Made by a program: the position numbers and the translations under genes | Source: Lingula anatina | Lineage: Eukaryota > Animalia > Brachiopoda | DNA: 64,000 bases | Direction: 5' to 3' | Assembly: GCA_051362555.1 (NCBI GenBank) | Contig: CM120640.1 | Coordinates: 31,639,967 to 31,703,966 of the forward strand | The notes under the pieces: model-generated | Told to the model about the DNA's origin: nothing | What the model saw: the letters and a program-made list of their open reading frames with translations, nothing else | The model's database searches: none | Shown here: positions 1 through 14,254 of the stretch, piece after piece | Numbering within the stretch: the stretch's first letter is position 1 | Layout of the letters: every line of letters begins with the position of its first letter

Positions 1-457
1 CTCAGCAAGTTATTAGAATATTAACTCGGGGATGCTATTATTCAAAAGAAGCAAGTGGAAAGGAACGGAAGCACAACTGGTATAGTCTTACAGTAGGATA
101 GCACATTGGACTGATATAAAAATGCAACTTAAAAGATTAAGCTTGAGCCCTTGGTAAAAACTCTTACGAAGTATTATAACAATGTTTTTAGTTGCGGAAG
201 GGGTTCCGCCACCTTTAAGAATCAAGCGAAGTGAGGTGAAAGGCAACAAATAAGTATTCAAATGGCGTGCAGTCCAAGCGTGTGATATACGACATTAAAT
301 CTCAATTTACGTCATTGTAACCAAATCCACCTAATATCTATTGAAAGCACAATGGAAATTATTTGGAGCAGCTGGGGAAAATTCACGATATTAACGGTTT
401 CATTTATGTCTGTTATTAACTCTAAACTTTCATTTTGACGTATTTTCACATTTGCAG

Positions 458-1424
458 TTGAGCACCTGCTTGAAGGAGTTCGGAACGGAGACGCCTCCTC
501 TATTGGAATTCTGCTCGGGTTTGTGCTGGGAGTGATCCTCATCATCGTGCTGATAGCAGTGACAGTGTGTGTAATAAGGTATGTATATACTTAAATGGTC
601 CGCTTACTTTTTGGCAGATGACAGTTGTCTTAACCAGGTGTATTAAGATATGTCTACATCAGCAGATTACATTATGATAACGGGTTTAACTATCAAAGCT
701 TGTTGCCGTTTCCTGATAAACGGGCATGGTCTAAGAGATTGTGTCAAAACGGAAAGAATAATGGACCGACGTCTTGTTTGAAACATAAGACCGTGACAAA
801 TTGGGAGTTAATTAAATTTCGCTAGTGAAATTTTAGTTTTCGAGCATCAGCGTTGAGTTAAAAGATTTTTGTCTCCGTTTGCTATGTATATCACATCCAC
901 AGATAAAAAGTCAGTCTTTGGTGACAAAAATATTGCCTGTCCAGTATGTCCTTGTATACACAGGGTGAAAAGTGCATTGGTAATCGTATTTACGTCTTCA
1001 TATGAATTGAATGTTTTCATGTCACGCGCTTGATCTTAAAACGCCTTAGCCTGCGTGGATGTTATTATTTACGTACCAGGTAAAAGCACTAGCAAAAAGT
1101 TAATAAACAAACGTGCATATTTACAGTGTGCGTGAGAATGAAGGGGTGAGGTAGGGTTTAGCATGATCGCTGTCGAAGATTACAATGTAACAGTATACAG
1201 TACTCGTGCTAACATGTTCCCCATATACAAGTAGAGTTATTCATATATCGTGGTGTCACAGCATATGAAAAAACAACCCTTCAGGCTTATAAGACACTCC
1301 AAGTGCCGTCTTAAAGTGCGGTTATACATTTTGTCAGATGTATACTGTGTGTAAACAATTTAGATAGATTCCTTGATAATAGTAATAAATGAAAGGAAAT
1401 GTTCTTGAAATTTTTATTGTTATT

Positions 1425-1463
<39 letters not shown>

Positions 1464-2936
1464 TTTTTCATTGTTTTTTTTCCATAAAGAAAGAATAAGG
1501 CATGAGTCACTGTGCACAAAATATTGTCATACAATGCAACGTCAACTCACCACCCTATGACTCACTGTTTTCAAAAACACGAAAACGATAACGGAACTGT
1601 TTGCATATTTTCTCGCAAAGAAATTGATATGAGGTGGGGAAAGGTCACTACTATAGTTTTCTTGGGTTAAATTTTGTCATCAAAATCCCCCGTTAATCAG
1701 TGCTTTTTTTTATGGAACCAGTGGTGGGTTGCGGACACATTAAATTATCGCCCTTTTTTAAGCAATATATACTAGTTTGATGGGTCCTAGTTTAAGTTTT
1801 AATCTGGACCGTCTTGTGGTCCTCTCTACTAAGTAATTGTTGCTCAAACATGAAATTAGAATCCAGGTAAATAATTTGACCAACCTGACTCAGTGAGTCG
1901 CATTAAAATATGCAGCACTGAATGAAATTATGCCGCGAGCGAAAATAGAATGTTGATGACATTTTTTGGGTTTAACCCCAGGATCAAGTGTCGCGCCGTG
2001 TTTTCTTACCCCCAATTTACGCCCGAGTTTAACAATGCCGTCACCTGGTCTGTGATCCCGTATAATTAACCAGGTTACATACATAATGTATTGTAAAGAG
2101 GATAGGCCCTTTCCACTAAGGTCAGCGGTAGACAAGCTTTTAGTGAGTGATAGACATCGGAAGGGTCTTCCGGAATTAGTCACGAGATGTGGTAGACGAT
2201 ATTTATATCCGGCCACGGCTCAGAGTGAATTCTTGTTTCTAACGAGTAAAGACGGCGCATTAGACGCGTTAGAGCTCGCATATTGGTATATATACGTATT
2301 TGACAACAAGTACGTTCTACTTAACAGGTGATCATGCATCTATTTTGCCTATCTTTCAGAAGAAAGAAAAGACAGCAGCAAGACGGATTTTTCATGGACG
2401 ACGAAGGGTTTTCATGGCACAATCGTTCTATTAAGTTCCATCGGGAGGAGATGCCGAAATACGTATACCCAGACTTTTTGAGCACAGGTTTTGAACTGAA
2501 AGAAGCAGACATAGTTGATCTTGAAACCTTCGACAGTGGGACAAAACAAATCAGGTCGGATAGCAACAACAGCAATAGTGACAGTTCTTCAAAAAGTCTC
2601 TCACTGCCGGCGAACTTTTTAAAGGCCCCACGACGAATGTCTGGCAATGTCTGTCACCACGCTGATGGCTCCGTCGGCAGCAGGAACAGTGTCCGGGCTA
2701 GTACTGCGATAAAAAACTTAAGAGACATGAAAGATGGCGTTTCTATTTCTTCTTCAGCTAAGATAAGAAATGGGTGTAGAGAACCAAAGTTACCTGGTCC
2801 ACACGAGACCAGAATACGAAGAAATTCGGACTCGGACGGTTCGGAGACCGATAGATCAAGTATTGGAAGTGATCGGTCCCATGAAAAGGGCATAGTGAAC
2901 GGTGGGTTCCAACACGATGAACGGAGTAATGAATGA
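458..2936 (+). CDS. 3' part of an unidentified single-pass type I membrane protein (TM exon plus cytoplasmic-tail exon); 5' exons lie outside the window
   Basis: Exon 458-578 (tttgcag|...|gtatgt) encodes EHLLEGVRNGDASSIGILLGFVLGVILIIVLIAVTVCVI, a TM helix. It splices in phase 2 to exon 2360-2936 (ctttcag|), which begins with the stop-transfer RRKKR and continues as a Ser-rich tail containing YVYPDF. AATAAA near 3998. Confidence 0.8.
1420..1467. repeat. (TTTA)n microsatellite
   Basis: Seen directly. Confidence 0.9.
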
Positions 2937-5004
2937 AGGGAAACCCTGTTACAATGGACCTTAGAACGATCCGTTGGTGCTAGTAAAGAATGCGGAAAAA
3001 GGAAGACTAGGAGACTAAATAATTCAAATCATAATGCAAGAATGGTCAGATTTGAAACTGAAAGTGCGGAAAATACAAAACATTTTTAATTTTGAAGATT
3101 TTGTAACGTGCTATATTTATATTTATTTTGTTTTCATATTTAAACTTCGTCGTTTAAGGTGCCAATTCCATGAATAATTTTCCGATAGAGGAATCGGATA
3201 AAGATCATTCCAGTCATATATCATTTGAGTATTTTATCATGCGTACATCAGAGGATGTTGAATTGTCTAAGGTAATAGTCACTGGCCCTTAATTTGTCAG
3301 GTACCGTTACAGAGGAATTGCAATTAGGGCTTGAACGCAACGGTGGTCATTATTCATTTTGTGAATGACGCGAAGGAAATTTGCCTATCGTGACATGGAA
3401 CAATTTCTTGAGTCGGAACCTTTATCGGACGTCAGTTCTGGTAAAGAGATTACGTGAATATCTGAGGAAAGATTTGATCTGGAAGACACGGCCACTTTAG
3501 ATCGAGATATTCGCCGTGTTATTTAAACAAGAATCACTGACAGTTATGTGAAATAATGGCGGAAATCCCTTTGTTGAAACTATTCTACGTCAAATGGTAA
3601 CAATTGGAACATTATTATCTGACCAGTTGTTTTACAAGATAGAAGTTAAATTCAAAAGATTGTCATCAGTGATTTGTTAAAAGGCCGAAATTTGCCAACA
3701 TTTTTAAAATATTTTTTTTCCTATCGCCTCTTCTGATGCATAAACATACGAGGCCGGGTGTAGCAGAAGCTCACAGTAACATATAAAGTAACATACATTT
3801 TGTCGATCTCCTTGTCTTACGCACTATTATATGACAAATAAGCATCTCCAATTTTGCTATTTGTGAATAGGTTGTTCATTATTTTAATTATCAAAATGAT
3901 ATGCTTTTTAACATCTTGCATTTGTATATTTTTTTACTTTGTTAAAATGCAACATTATTTAATAGTTATGATTAAAAACTGCAAGTTTTTGTAGTGAATA
4001 AAAACTAAAAAAAATTATGCCTTTGGTGTGTAGTCGCTTTGTAGGAGACGTAGAATCCACCTTGAGGTCAGCTAAGTTAGAACTTCTACAAACATACATA
4101 TACTAATCTAAAATTCTTTTAAGATTAAAAATTTGTTTACATTTAACTGGGCGGCCTTCCATTTTAAATGATACAGGACTTATGCCTTAATTTCATTATC
4201 AAATTAAATTTATTTATTCAATATCATTCTAAACAGAATTTTAATTTTTCAGTTAGTTTGAAAGGCACAGACATGATACAAAACTGGTTATGGGTATGTT
4301 TGTTTAACACAAACAAAGGTGTGATAATAATTAACGATTTTATTTACTCGATAACTGAAATATACAAGAAACATTATAACATGTAAAATACAAACATCTT
4401 TTTTACAATGTCACCTCCATTTTGACTTTAAAATATTAACAGATCTATAAAGGCAAAACTTGCCTTGCTAGCATTTCTACTTAAAAAGCATCAGCATTCC
4501 CTATGTTGTAAATATTAAATGACAACTGACAATAACACAGAAGACATACAGAAACTCATCGTGTTCAATTATCTATGGTTGTACACAATACATACAGCTC
4601 ACAGTGTGAAGGCTAACCACTTTGCTATGCTCTACAGCCCTTGTTTTTACTTCAACATGGAAGAAACAGTACAGAATGTTCTAAATGTAAAAAGTATCAG
4701 AAAAACCTTTTATACTGACAATGCTACCAATGACAGTGTTATGGACAAAGTTAATCAACATTTGAATATTTCATGTGTAACTCGTGTTTTCCAAGATCTT
4801 TTGCAAGATATATATATACATCTTAAACTGTGTCCCATTTCATCCTCAAATAAACTGCCAGGTCAACTTTCAATAAGAATTATGATTTATACATGAATGA
4901 ATATGGATCATTTAACAAATTCAGGTGAATTGAACCCATGTTTTAGAACCTGTTTTTACTGGTAGGTATGGAATGTTACATGTATAGTTCATTAGGTACC
5001 ATAT

Positions 5005-5030
5005 GAGAGAGAGAGAGAGAGAGAGAGAGA
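5005..5030. repeat. (GA)n microsatellite
   Basis: Seen directly. Confidence 0.9.
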
Positions 5031-5775
5031 TAGGGAGAAGGAAAGAGAGATTAAAGGGAATAAACACCCTGTAGGTGTCCCCTTTAATATCAACAATTAT
5101 CTACTTTGGTTGACGTTTGCAAAACAAAACACTGAATGGTAAACAATAGTCTATAATACTTTTCTGTATGATTATTTACCTGAATGTCAATATCCTTCAA
5201 AATAGCATCTAAAGTTACAACATCATTATTGTCATTTGATATTGTTGTCGTTCCACTGACAATATGTTCCCTTTTTTTTGATTGGTAAAAAAACCCAACA
5301 ATGTCATTGGTCCATATTATGGTTGGTGGTGACACCAGTGTTCAATATTGTTTCATCAGACCTCAAATTCAAGAATATAAGATCAGAATACATGTTAATT
5401 ACATAATAATGCACTTTATAATAAAGGCATAGAACCAGTTCCTTCCAGAGTTTCACTTTACCAGGTATATACAGGTATTTGCTAATATTCAATGCGTTTA
5501 CCATATACTAGACCTTCTTTTTACTTATATCATATTTGAGGCAAAACAAGCAATTTCGGTTAATTTACTTGAAAATAATGTTTTTTTAAATCATTTATCC
5601 TGAGGTTTTGACTTTTCTGTTAAAATGTTATTTTAATTTTTGAATTCAAAGTAGCTACATCTAATGATAACATGACTATCCACAGCACCCAGCTCCCTCC
5701 CAATGGGGCCCACAGACATTACGGAATGCTAGGCATCTGATGAAGTAGAATATAAAACAAAACAGCTTCCTCTTC

Positions 5776-7811
5776 TCAGTCAGAATCATCTTCATCTCCA
5801 TAGTCTGTGGAAAACGTTCTTGGAATAACTGGAAAAGAACACAATACCATTAATGATGTAATATTGCCCTGGTGTCAGGATAACCTTAGACAGGCTTCGC
5901 AAGCAAATATATTTAAGTTTTCATCAAAAGTGAGAGTGTCAAAGCACATGATGAATGCTGGTGACATTTTCACTTGACTGTTGCTGTTAACAGGATGATC
6001 AAAAGCTGCTATTCTCTGCAATTAATGGACTCATTTACATAACAGATGCAGTAGGACAGGCTTGTTTTCAACTGGCCTCCTGTTCAAACAAAGAAACTCT
6101 CTTGGGAAATGATTTCCAAATTCTCTGAAAATTTCATGAAAGGCTCCCATAAATTCATTAATCAACTGATATATGTTTTTTCAAACATGCTTAAGACCAC
6201 CATAACACTGATAATTCCAATCAGTTAATTGAATTTCTTCACATTATGACAACATTAATCTCATTTAGCCCATCTCAGTAAAACTGTTTACCATCTGTAA
6301 CAGGGAGAATTTCCATGCAATGTTTTTCAGCCCATAAGCAATTTATGGGCTAGTTCCCAATGAAACTATCAATCTATAGTAATCGATCCAACTCTGCAGG
6401 GACTCTCGCTGAATGCAATCAGAATAACAGATTAACATGCCTCCTGGCATTGAGTAGAACACAGAAAAGATGGTGATGACAGAGTTCTTTGGGAACAACA
6501 GGAGGCATGTTAATCTGTTATTCTGATTGCATTCAGCACGAGTCCCATGGAGTTGGATCGATCAACAAAGAGCCATAGTTTCAGTGGAAATGAGCCCTAT
6601 GGTCACTGAGTGCATGCAGGACCATGTCTTTCAACTTGGTCCAATGAACCCCATCAAAGGGAAGAAGCACATCAAAGAGATCACGCAGTAACATGTGGCC
6701 TGATAGTACTTCTCACACTGTGACCTAGGATGGCTGGTTGATCCATTTAAAGATCTAACATTTTAGAACTGGCACCATTTCAGTACTTCACTTCCTTATT
6801 AACAGAAGTAAGGGAGGTTTCCAAAACAATGAAATACAAAAATCAAAACAAGTATTGAGAATTACATCTTCACTTCATGTTCACCATGACCTCAATTTTT
6901 ATTATAATAGTTGGTCAGCTTATTAAGATTTTAAGAAATCTTCATCAAAAATATAAATTATATGCCTAAAGTTTATGTTTAAAAAAAACACACAATTGAA
7001 AACTTGTTTTATGTTTTTTGGTAAGTTAAGAAATATTTGTTCATCTGAATTCCCTCATGACAGCCAAATTTAAGTGAAAGAGGAGAAATTATGCAAATTT
7101 TGCAATTAAGCATGCAATTTGCCTATTACGTCTTCGAGTTTGTACTTAAGAAATGTAAAACAGCCCTATAATAAGTACAATCTAGGCTCTCTGTACTTTG
7201 TACTTGTACTTCGTCACTTTTGATACCTCAACTCTCTAATGATACAGCAATGAGTAGGCTATCATAAAACAAGTAATGGTGGGCATAAGGATTTGCACTG
7301 TATACATTTAATGTACTTCATTTCTGAATTTACATTACAAACTAATAATCTGGCAAAATTTCTAAACAATCCTGAAAGCTCACAAGACAGTAAACAGCTA
7401 TTCCTGAAATTCCCTAAGAAGGTTATTTTGTGAAAAATGCTAATATTAATTATCAAGCATAAATGGATCTCTTTATATTAAAGTGAATTTAATACTTACT
7501 TGCATGTTTTAAAAGAGCTGCTGTTTCAGGATCCTTGGCGAGTTCATATGGTTTTTTGCCATCATTATTTTTGATATCAGCCCTAGCATTTTTCTCCAGT
7601 AGTAGTGTAACAGCACCAGGGTGGCCCTTCCATGCTGCAGAGTGCAAGGGGGTATCACCTAGTTTATTCTGCAGAAAAAGAATAATAGGCATTTTTATCA
7701 TCTTATTTAAACTCTTGACTATGTTTTTGTTATTCCTCAACAGGTGTATTTACATTACTTGATGATTTACTAAATGATTTTCAAAACACTTCAGTTACAT
7801 ATTCAAATCTA

Positions 7812-7844
<33 letters not shown>

Positions 7845-10800
7845 AAAGAAAAAAAATCTTTATTTTAATATATTCTCATATTCATTTTAAAATATATTTT
7901 CATATTCAAAGCAATTCAAAAAAGCACTTCACATTGCAAAAACCTAAATACACCATACTGAGTCTCAATACAACATGAACATGCTCTTAGGTCATTTACC
8001 TGTACATTGACTTCCACATTAGGCACCTTGAGCAGCGTTTCTAAGCAGTCGATGTGTCCACCATGTGCTGCCCAGTGGAGGGGTGTGGACCCTGCCTTGT
8101 CCAAACCATTCACAGACACCTACACATATGTACAAGAAGGCTTGACATTCAACTGTTCATTGCACTTGTAGAAAATTTCTACATAAGTCATCGGAGATGC
8201 ATTAAACTGGCAACAATTAAAATGCCTATGCATGGAATATAGTGCTATTCTGAACTGAATAAATAAATAAATAAATAAAATGGCTGCAATGCATTCATGT
8301 TTTTTTAATGGCAATTTTTTAGCAGTATCACACGTGTGAATACACAGAGTAAATAATCTGTGTTGAAAACTTCCTTTAACGATGCAAATATGCAAAGAAG
8401 GCTTTCTGATAATGAGGTCAATAGCAAGCACATTTATTTCTCATCTTAACAATTTCATGGCTATAAGGTGGATATACTGTACTAAGGAAATAATATATAT
8501 TATGTACCTGCTTATATTATGTACATACCCTATTTTTAAGACACTCAGACAAAAAACTAATGTTTCCTCTTCTCGATGCTTCATGTAAGGGGTGCTCTAT
8601 GGATTCTGTGTTCTCTTCAACTGAAAGAGACAAAGGTCAACAGAATGTCACGATGTCCTCATTACATGTGCTTTATCAACTGATGTTTGCAGTGAATGAA
8701 CAGTGAAGACATTACCACTGATAAAACTCTTTGACATCTATGAATGAACTCCTAAGAATTCCAGATCTTAGAAGAAGATAATGTTTTCATTGCCACTTAG
8801 TTGAGTATATGTTTCTTTATTTAGATGTGCAAAGTAGTTGACAATAGGTTAGGGCAATTTTATGACAGTTCAAGAATAGAAACAATGGCAATTATGCCAC
8901 AAATGACTTTTCATTCTTCTAAAAATATTTTCCAACTTATCACACTGTATATCAAGTAGTTAACGTCTATTAATAAGTTAAATAGAAATTAAGAAAGTGA
9001 CCTTTTTGTGAATTCAAAGAACTGAAAAAAATGAATACTATCAAAGAAAAAAAAAATTATGGTAATAAATCTGATCTTGTCCCATCTAACAGAAAACTGT
9101 GACCAGACGGGACAAGATCATGCTGCTGTGACCAGACGGGACAAGATCATTCTGCTGGTGTAGAAAGAAAACATTAAAATGAAATTTCATCTGACAATTG
9201 GTAACCTCTTAATAATTCACACATCTAAAGCACAGCTCTAGGTCATGGAGCATAAAGAGAAGTGCTGGGGTGTAACAATACCTGACCACGTACCATAGTT
9301 ACTAGGTATTAAGCCTTCTTTATCCCCACATCTTGCTTTCCACCAACCAGAATCAGACATGTCAAGAATATACAGGGTGTCTCCTTCATCAAAAGTCAAC
9401 TCATCTGTCTGAAAAATTCACATTATTAAGATTTATATGTTTATCTACTGCAACTTCATCCTCATCAAATGTGAAGTGATAAAAAAATTAATATGAAATT
9501 TAAAACATTTAAGCAAGTTTATCACTGATTAAGTGATTTATGACAAAAAATTTATTTGGTTAAAATATTTCCGATGTTTGGCAGTACCAAGAAGGTTTTA
9601 AAAATCTCTCTCATTCAAAAGCAGAGATCCCATCCCTTCCTGTCACCTATTATGGTTTACTTTGTACCCTCAATACTGATTATGATCTGCAAGTGAATTT
9701 CACCATTCTACTTCTATTAGGACATTGTGTCAAAAAATAGAAACATAAAGCTCAACAAGCTAAAGAACCTGACTTAATAGAACCTGCAGCAGAAATTGGG
9801 CTGTTGGAAGGTATTAATATTTGTATGGCATTTTCTTTCTGACAGATTTCTGGAACATTTTCCAATGTGTATAGAATAAACATCAGTGTTTCAGCATTTT
9901 AATCTAAAAATTGCCTACCTGCTGAGCTTCATATCTGTACATTGCTCTCACCACTTTCACTTGTCCTTAAAGAAAAATATGTTATTGTCAGAAAAGAGAT
10001 TATAAAAATAATTCTGCAGAGTATTTTATTAAAACTTCAAATATTTCTATTATTATACAATTGGGTACTTTTGCAATATGCCCCCCCCCCCCCAGAATTA
10101 TGTTTTTGTGATATTCAATATTTTTCTGAATTCAGTAATGTTGCTTCTTTCTACTTGCTTTTCAAATAAATTGTTGGAAATTTAGAGCCCATTCAAAATA
10201 GAAGATCTGAGGATCTTCTGAGCCACAGACCAAATATGGCGGAGCCTACATGGAAGAAGAGCCGACTAATCTGCTGATGGTCTCGCCACCTCCACACATG
10301 CCATTAAATGGATTTAATCATGGTTCTGAGGTTTAATTGCTAGACCCCTGCAAGGACGGCGCGTGTGGAGGCAGGAAGACCTTCAGCGGATTATTCAGCT
10401 CTTCTTTTACTGGGTTCCCATGTCTAGATGGATCCATCTGGATCGATCTAACTCCCTGGGGAGTCTCACTTAATTGCCATCAACTAACTAACCTAAATGT
10501 CTGTCATGCTTACCGAATCAGCTAGGGGGTAAAGATAATTACCCCCTTAGGCCTAACAGCTATAATAGGCGTGACAGACATTTAAGCTGGTCAAGCTGAC
10601 AGCAATTTAGTGAGACTCCCCAGGGAGATAGATCGATCCAAATATCTGTGGGAATGGTCCCTTTTATGTAGGGTCTGCCATATTTGATCCATGGATCAGA
10701 AGTTCCTTGGATATTCTATTCTGAATGGGTTCTTACTTAAAGATTTTCAAAAAATCTTATAAGAAACTTAATGCCCCTTCAAATGGAATGAGAACTTAGG

Positions 10801-11105
10801 TCATTTCAGGCACATAAAAAATAAGCAAGTAGTTGTAAACTGCAAAACTATATTTTTGAAATACAGAGACATTGATTACTTAACTGAATTCAGAGAAACA
10901 TAAGAATAAAAGACTTAGTACTTATATGCTTAAATTTATTTAAGACATGTGAATTACTATGAAAACAAATGGTTTTTAAAATCTGAAGTAGTAGTCAAAC
11001 ATGATTGAAATAAAAATAGGATATATCATCATGGAATGTGGAGTTTTGGTAATTTACTGAATTTACTGGGAATTTATTGACAGACAACTTAGGCATGACA
11101 GAAAA

Positions 11106-11140
<35 letters not shown>

Positions 11141-11965
11141 TGTGTGTATGTGTGTGTGTGTATGTGTGTGTATGTGTGTGTGTATGTGTGTATGTATGTG
11201 TGTGTGTGGAGGGCTGACAGCAGTCACTATGTGTCTACAATAACCTTTCCAAATACTAACTTATGTACAGTCTGTTTATCAATATTACCAGCAAACAAGC
11301 CGTATCAGGTGACTGGACATGAAGAATAAGCTAAGTGCATGTAATAAAGGTTTTTGGAATGCAGAGATGTTAAGGTGGTGTGGCAACAACATAGCCATGA
11401 GGCATCTATGTTTTTAATTGGCAGAGTGATCCCCCTGATCATGCAAACACAGTGTAATTCCTAACTTCAATTTAACACTTGTTAGGCCTACAAATTATGC
11501 TTACTTGAGGTGAAAAACTTGAAAAACACTCTGATCATTTATCTTGTAATCAACTACCATTCAGTTAATTTGCACATTATTTATGTGGGCGGAATTGATT
11601 TGAACACTTTATTACGTCTAATTTTGCTTACAATAACATTTACTGAAGATTATTTTAGGATTTAAAATTTGAGATACTGAATGAGTATGACTCATCATAC
11701 TATTTCTGATTAGTTAAATACTATTTACATCTTGGTGCGGCTGAAATAAAGTTAAGCACTTACTATTCGCTGTGCTTTTCATTTATAAATGTCATTATAC
11801 TTGCAATTACTACTAGATATACAAGGAAGTATCGATAAAATTGCACCGAAGCCAAGACGCCGTCGAGTCTTTTCTGTACATTTACTCGACCAGGCTAACA
11901 GATCGACGATTCTTACCTGGTTTAGGGGTGGGTGGCGGAGGCGGTGGTCTTGCTGGTCGCGACAT
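5776..11965 (-). CDS. OSTF1: Osteoclast-stimulating factor 1 (Pro-rich N-terminus, SH3, ankyrin repeats, acidic tail)
   Basis: 7 GT-AG exons with consistent phases: 11917-11965 ([16 protein letters not shown]), 9919-9965 ([15 protein letters not shown]), 9294-9408 (DELTFDEGD...WWKARC...GLIPSNY), 8529-8620 ([10 protein letters not shown]), 8000-8119 ([19 protein letters not shown]), 7500-7668 ([16 protein letters not shown]), 5776-5828 (DYGDEDDSD*). Confidence 0.95.
6347..6597. mobile_element. Hairpin MITE family A (PIF/Harbinger-like)
   Basis: Long imperfect inverted arms GGGCTAGTTCCCA.../...GGAAATGAGCCC with a near-perfect inner arm; 3-bp duplication TAT on both sides. Confidence 0.8.
7814..7842. 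repeat. (CA)n microsatellite
   Basis: Seen directly. Confidence 0.9.
10185..10732. mobile_element. Foldback MITE (PIF/Harbinger-like)
   Basis: TIRs GAGCCCATTCAAAATAGAA / TTCTATTCTGAATGGGTTC, extensive internal palindrome, TTA target-site duplication. Confidence 0.8.
11106..11208. repeat. Compound (GT)n/(GTAT) microsatellite
   Basis: Seen directly. Confidence 0.9.
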
Positions 11966-11989
11966 TTCACAATATTTTGACTGCAAATT

Positions 11990-12130
11990 AAAATGACACA
12001 ATAATACTTTTTATTATTATGTTGCTGCTAGAAGGAAGTTTTCGCACTTCCGGAAATGATTGAGATGGCAGCACCTGACGGAAGAAATGTACAATTTCCA
12101 AGAAAAGCCAACACGACAGTGAAAGTCGAG
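11990..12130 (-). promoter_or_regulatory. OSTF1 proximal promoter
   Basis: Locally CpG-containing, with an ETS-type CACTTCCGGAAA at about 12045-12057 just upstream of the ATG exon. Confidence 0.45.
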
Positions 12131-12809
12131 TTTGAAAACATAAAAAGACATAAAAAGTATTTTTCCGATACATAAAAAGAGTATCTATAGAAGTTTTACT
12201 TATATTAATATCGATCATAATAAAAATACATAATGTAATACAATAAGCAAGAAGTTTAATTGCATTGTCTTGCAGACTACATGAATTGGTGCTGACATCT
12301 GGTGTACCTGTATCTAAAAGGGATTTGTAGTGATTTACTAAAGCAATATTTTTTTAAAAAAAATTTCTTCTACTAATGAATCATTGCTGGACCTGTTGTA
12401 TACTTTTATTGGTACCTTTTACATGCTGGAATCGTCCGTCAATGTTCCTGTTAACTAGTATTAGTTAGCTATCTTTTTCTTCTCTAGATATTGAACTTTA
12501 AAAATTGATGTACTGGTTCCGTATAGTAAATATAGAAATCAGCATCACCAGACAGTGAATTTCAGTTTTAACACAAAGAAGATATATGTGAATTTTGGAA
12601 ATAACAATCTTGCCAGTGACACTAATATAACATATACGAAAACAACTGTTAAATTTTGATTGAGTTTTAATCTTTTATTTTTTAAAATTATTTTCTTATA
12701 TTATAATTTTAGTGAAATACTGTGAAGTAACATCTTTGCGATACAAACTTAATGAAACTTTACTTTGCTGTACGACGAGTCAAACGCCACCATAAAACAT
12801 CCAAACATA

Positions 12810-13070
12810 CAGATGACAGGATCCAGGATTATTTGAAGGGGGGTGGGGGGTGTCCGCGGATGCGATGTCGACCCCCTCCCTTGGCGTGGGGTTCGCTGAA
12901 GGCCCCGAGAATTTTTGGTATTTTAAGGGGCGAACAGTGCCATTTGGAACGGTTAAGAATGATTCAGCTAGTCAAAATTCTAATTTCAATAGGGGACTAT
13001 TGTTTTTTTTTTTTAGAAATCGAGGGGGGGGGTCGGGACTCCCTTGCCACCCCTCTAAATCCGCCTCTCG
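12810..13070. mobile_element. Degenerate hAT-like MITE
   Basis: GC-rich island with ends resembling CAGGGGCGGATCCAGG / CCTGGATCCGCCCCTG (seen as ...GGATCCAGGA and CCTCTAAATCCGCCTCT); no clear TSD. Confidence 0.5.
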
Positions 13071-14254
13071 ATTGTTCCCCCAATTTTGAACTATATACTT
13101 GTTCGCGGAGAGAAAATGTGTACCATCTTTGAGATATATAGCCTGCCCCCTAATGTATACGATGCAAGTTAATCATTATTCGCTTTTTGTGAAACCAGTA
13201 ACTATTTAGACAGGACATAATCTTGTTATCATATTAGTTATCTGGCGAAGATCTTAACTCTACTTTGAAGCATCACCTCGAAAGGACAATTGAATTAAAT
13301 AGATAAGAGCTAGCATTTATATTGCCTTAGATCTTAGTAAATAAATACCAAATTTCAATTGGTAATCTACAATTCCATATAATTAATCGTGAACATAAAA
13401 GGAATTAAATGAGATTTGCAAAGCTTACTTTATTTCAGTAGTTTTATCATCTGGTATTGTATGTGGTCAACTATTCGAAGTTTCGCTCTCGGCCCGTTAT
13501 TTACATCTATATTATCTATCATAATTTTTACCCTTTGGGCGATGGTGAAAACCTCTCAACGCCTCTCTTTCTTGTCTCCCTCCCATCTGTTTTTTTTCAT
13601 GCTTTGCGACGCAAAATTTGTTTTCGGTTTGCAAATTTTCCACCATGTTGATCGTCACTTGAAGTATGAGAATCCCGTCAGTGATACATCCCCTTTGTTT
13701 ATATGGTACATTTATTAAAATAAGCAGCTTTGTTAATTTATTATCAAAATATTTCACCAAGTCAAAATTGGATGATCAGTTTAGTCAAATTTGTAAAATA
13801 CCATAAGATTTTATGAAAACGTAATGTTTATTGTAAAAAATACTCTGTACAAATTCACATTTTAAATTTCATATGAGAAATAACATCTATGAATATGTCA
13901 TAGAAATACAACAACATCGATAACAACAAAAATAACTTATCATATGTATGCAAAAACAATGCATCTTACAATGATGTGAAATAAATATACTGGTATCTAT
14001 ATAGTTATACCAAAGATGTGATACAAAGTTACACTCAATTGTACGGGAGACGGTAAATTTCACGTTTTACTATTATTATCATATAATATGGGACTATATA
14101 GAAACCCACTGAAATAATCTAGTAGACGCCACCCTTTAATTTCAAGAGTGATTGTGCACTGCATTAGTGAAACAAAGTCAATTTCTGTATCATATGCCTT
14201 CCTTCAGATTTGAACAATGTACATTGTCTCAATAATCGGTAAACACACTTGAAT

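Noticed and set aside
1890-2331. Overlapping ORFs in the intron of the membrane-protein gene
   Set aside because: No recognisable motifs or convincing splice structure.
11108-11329. CV-repeat ORF here and YI-repeat ORF at 16774-17061
   Set aside because: Translations of microsatellites.
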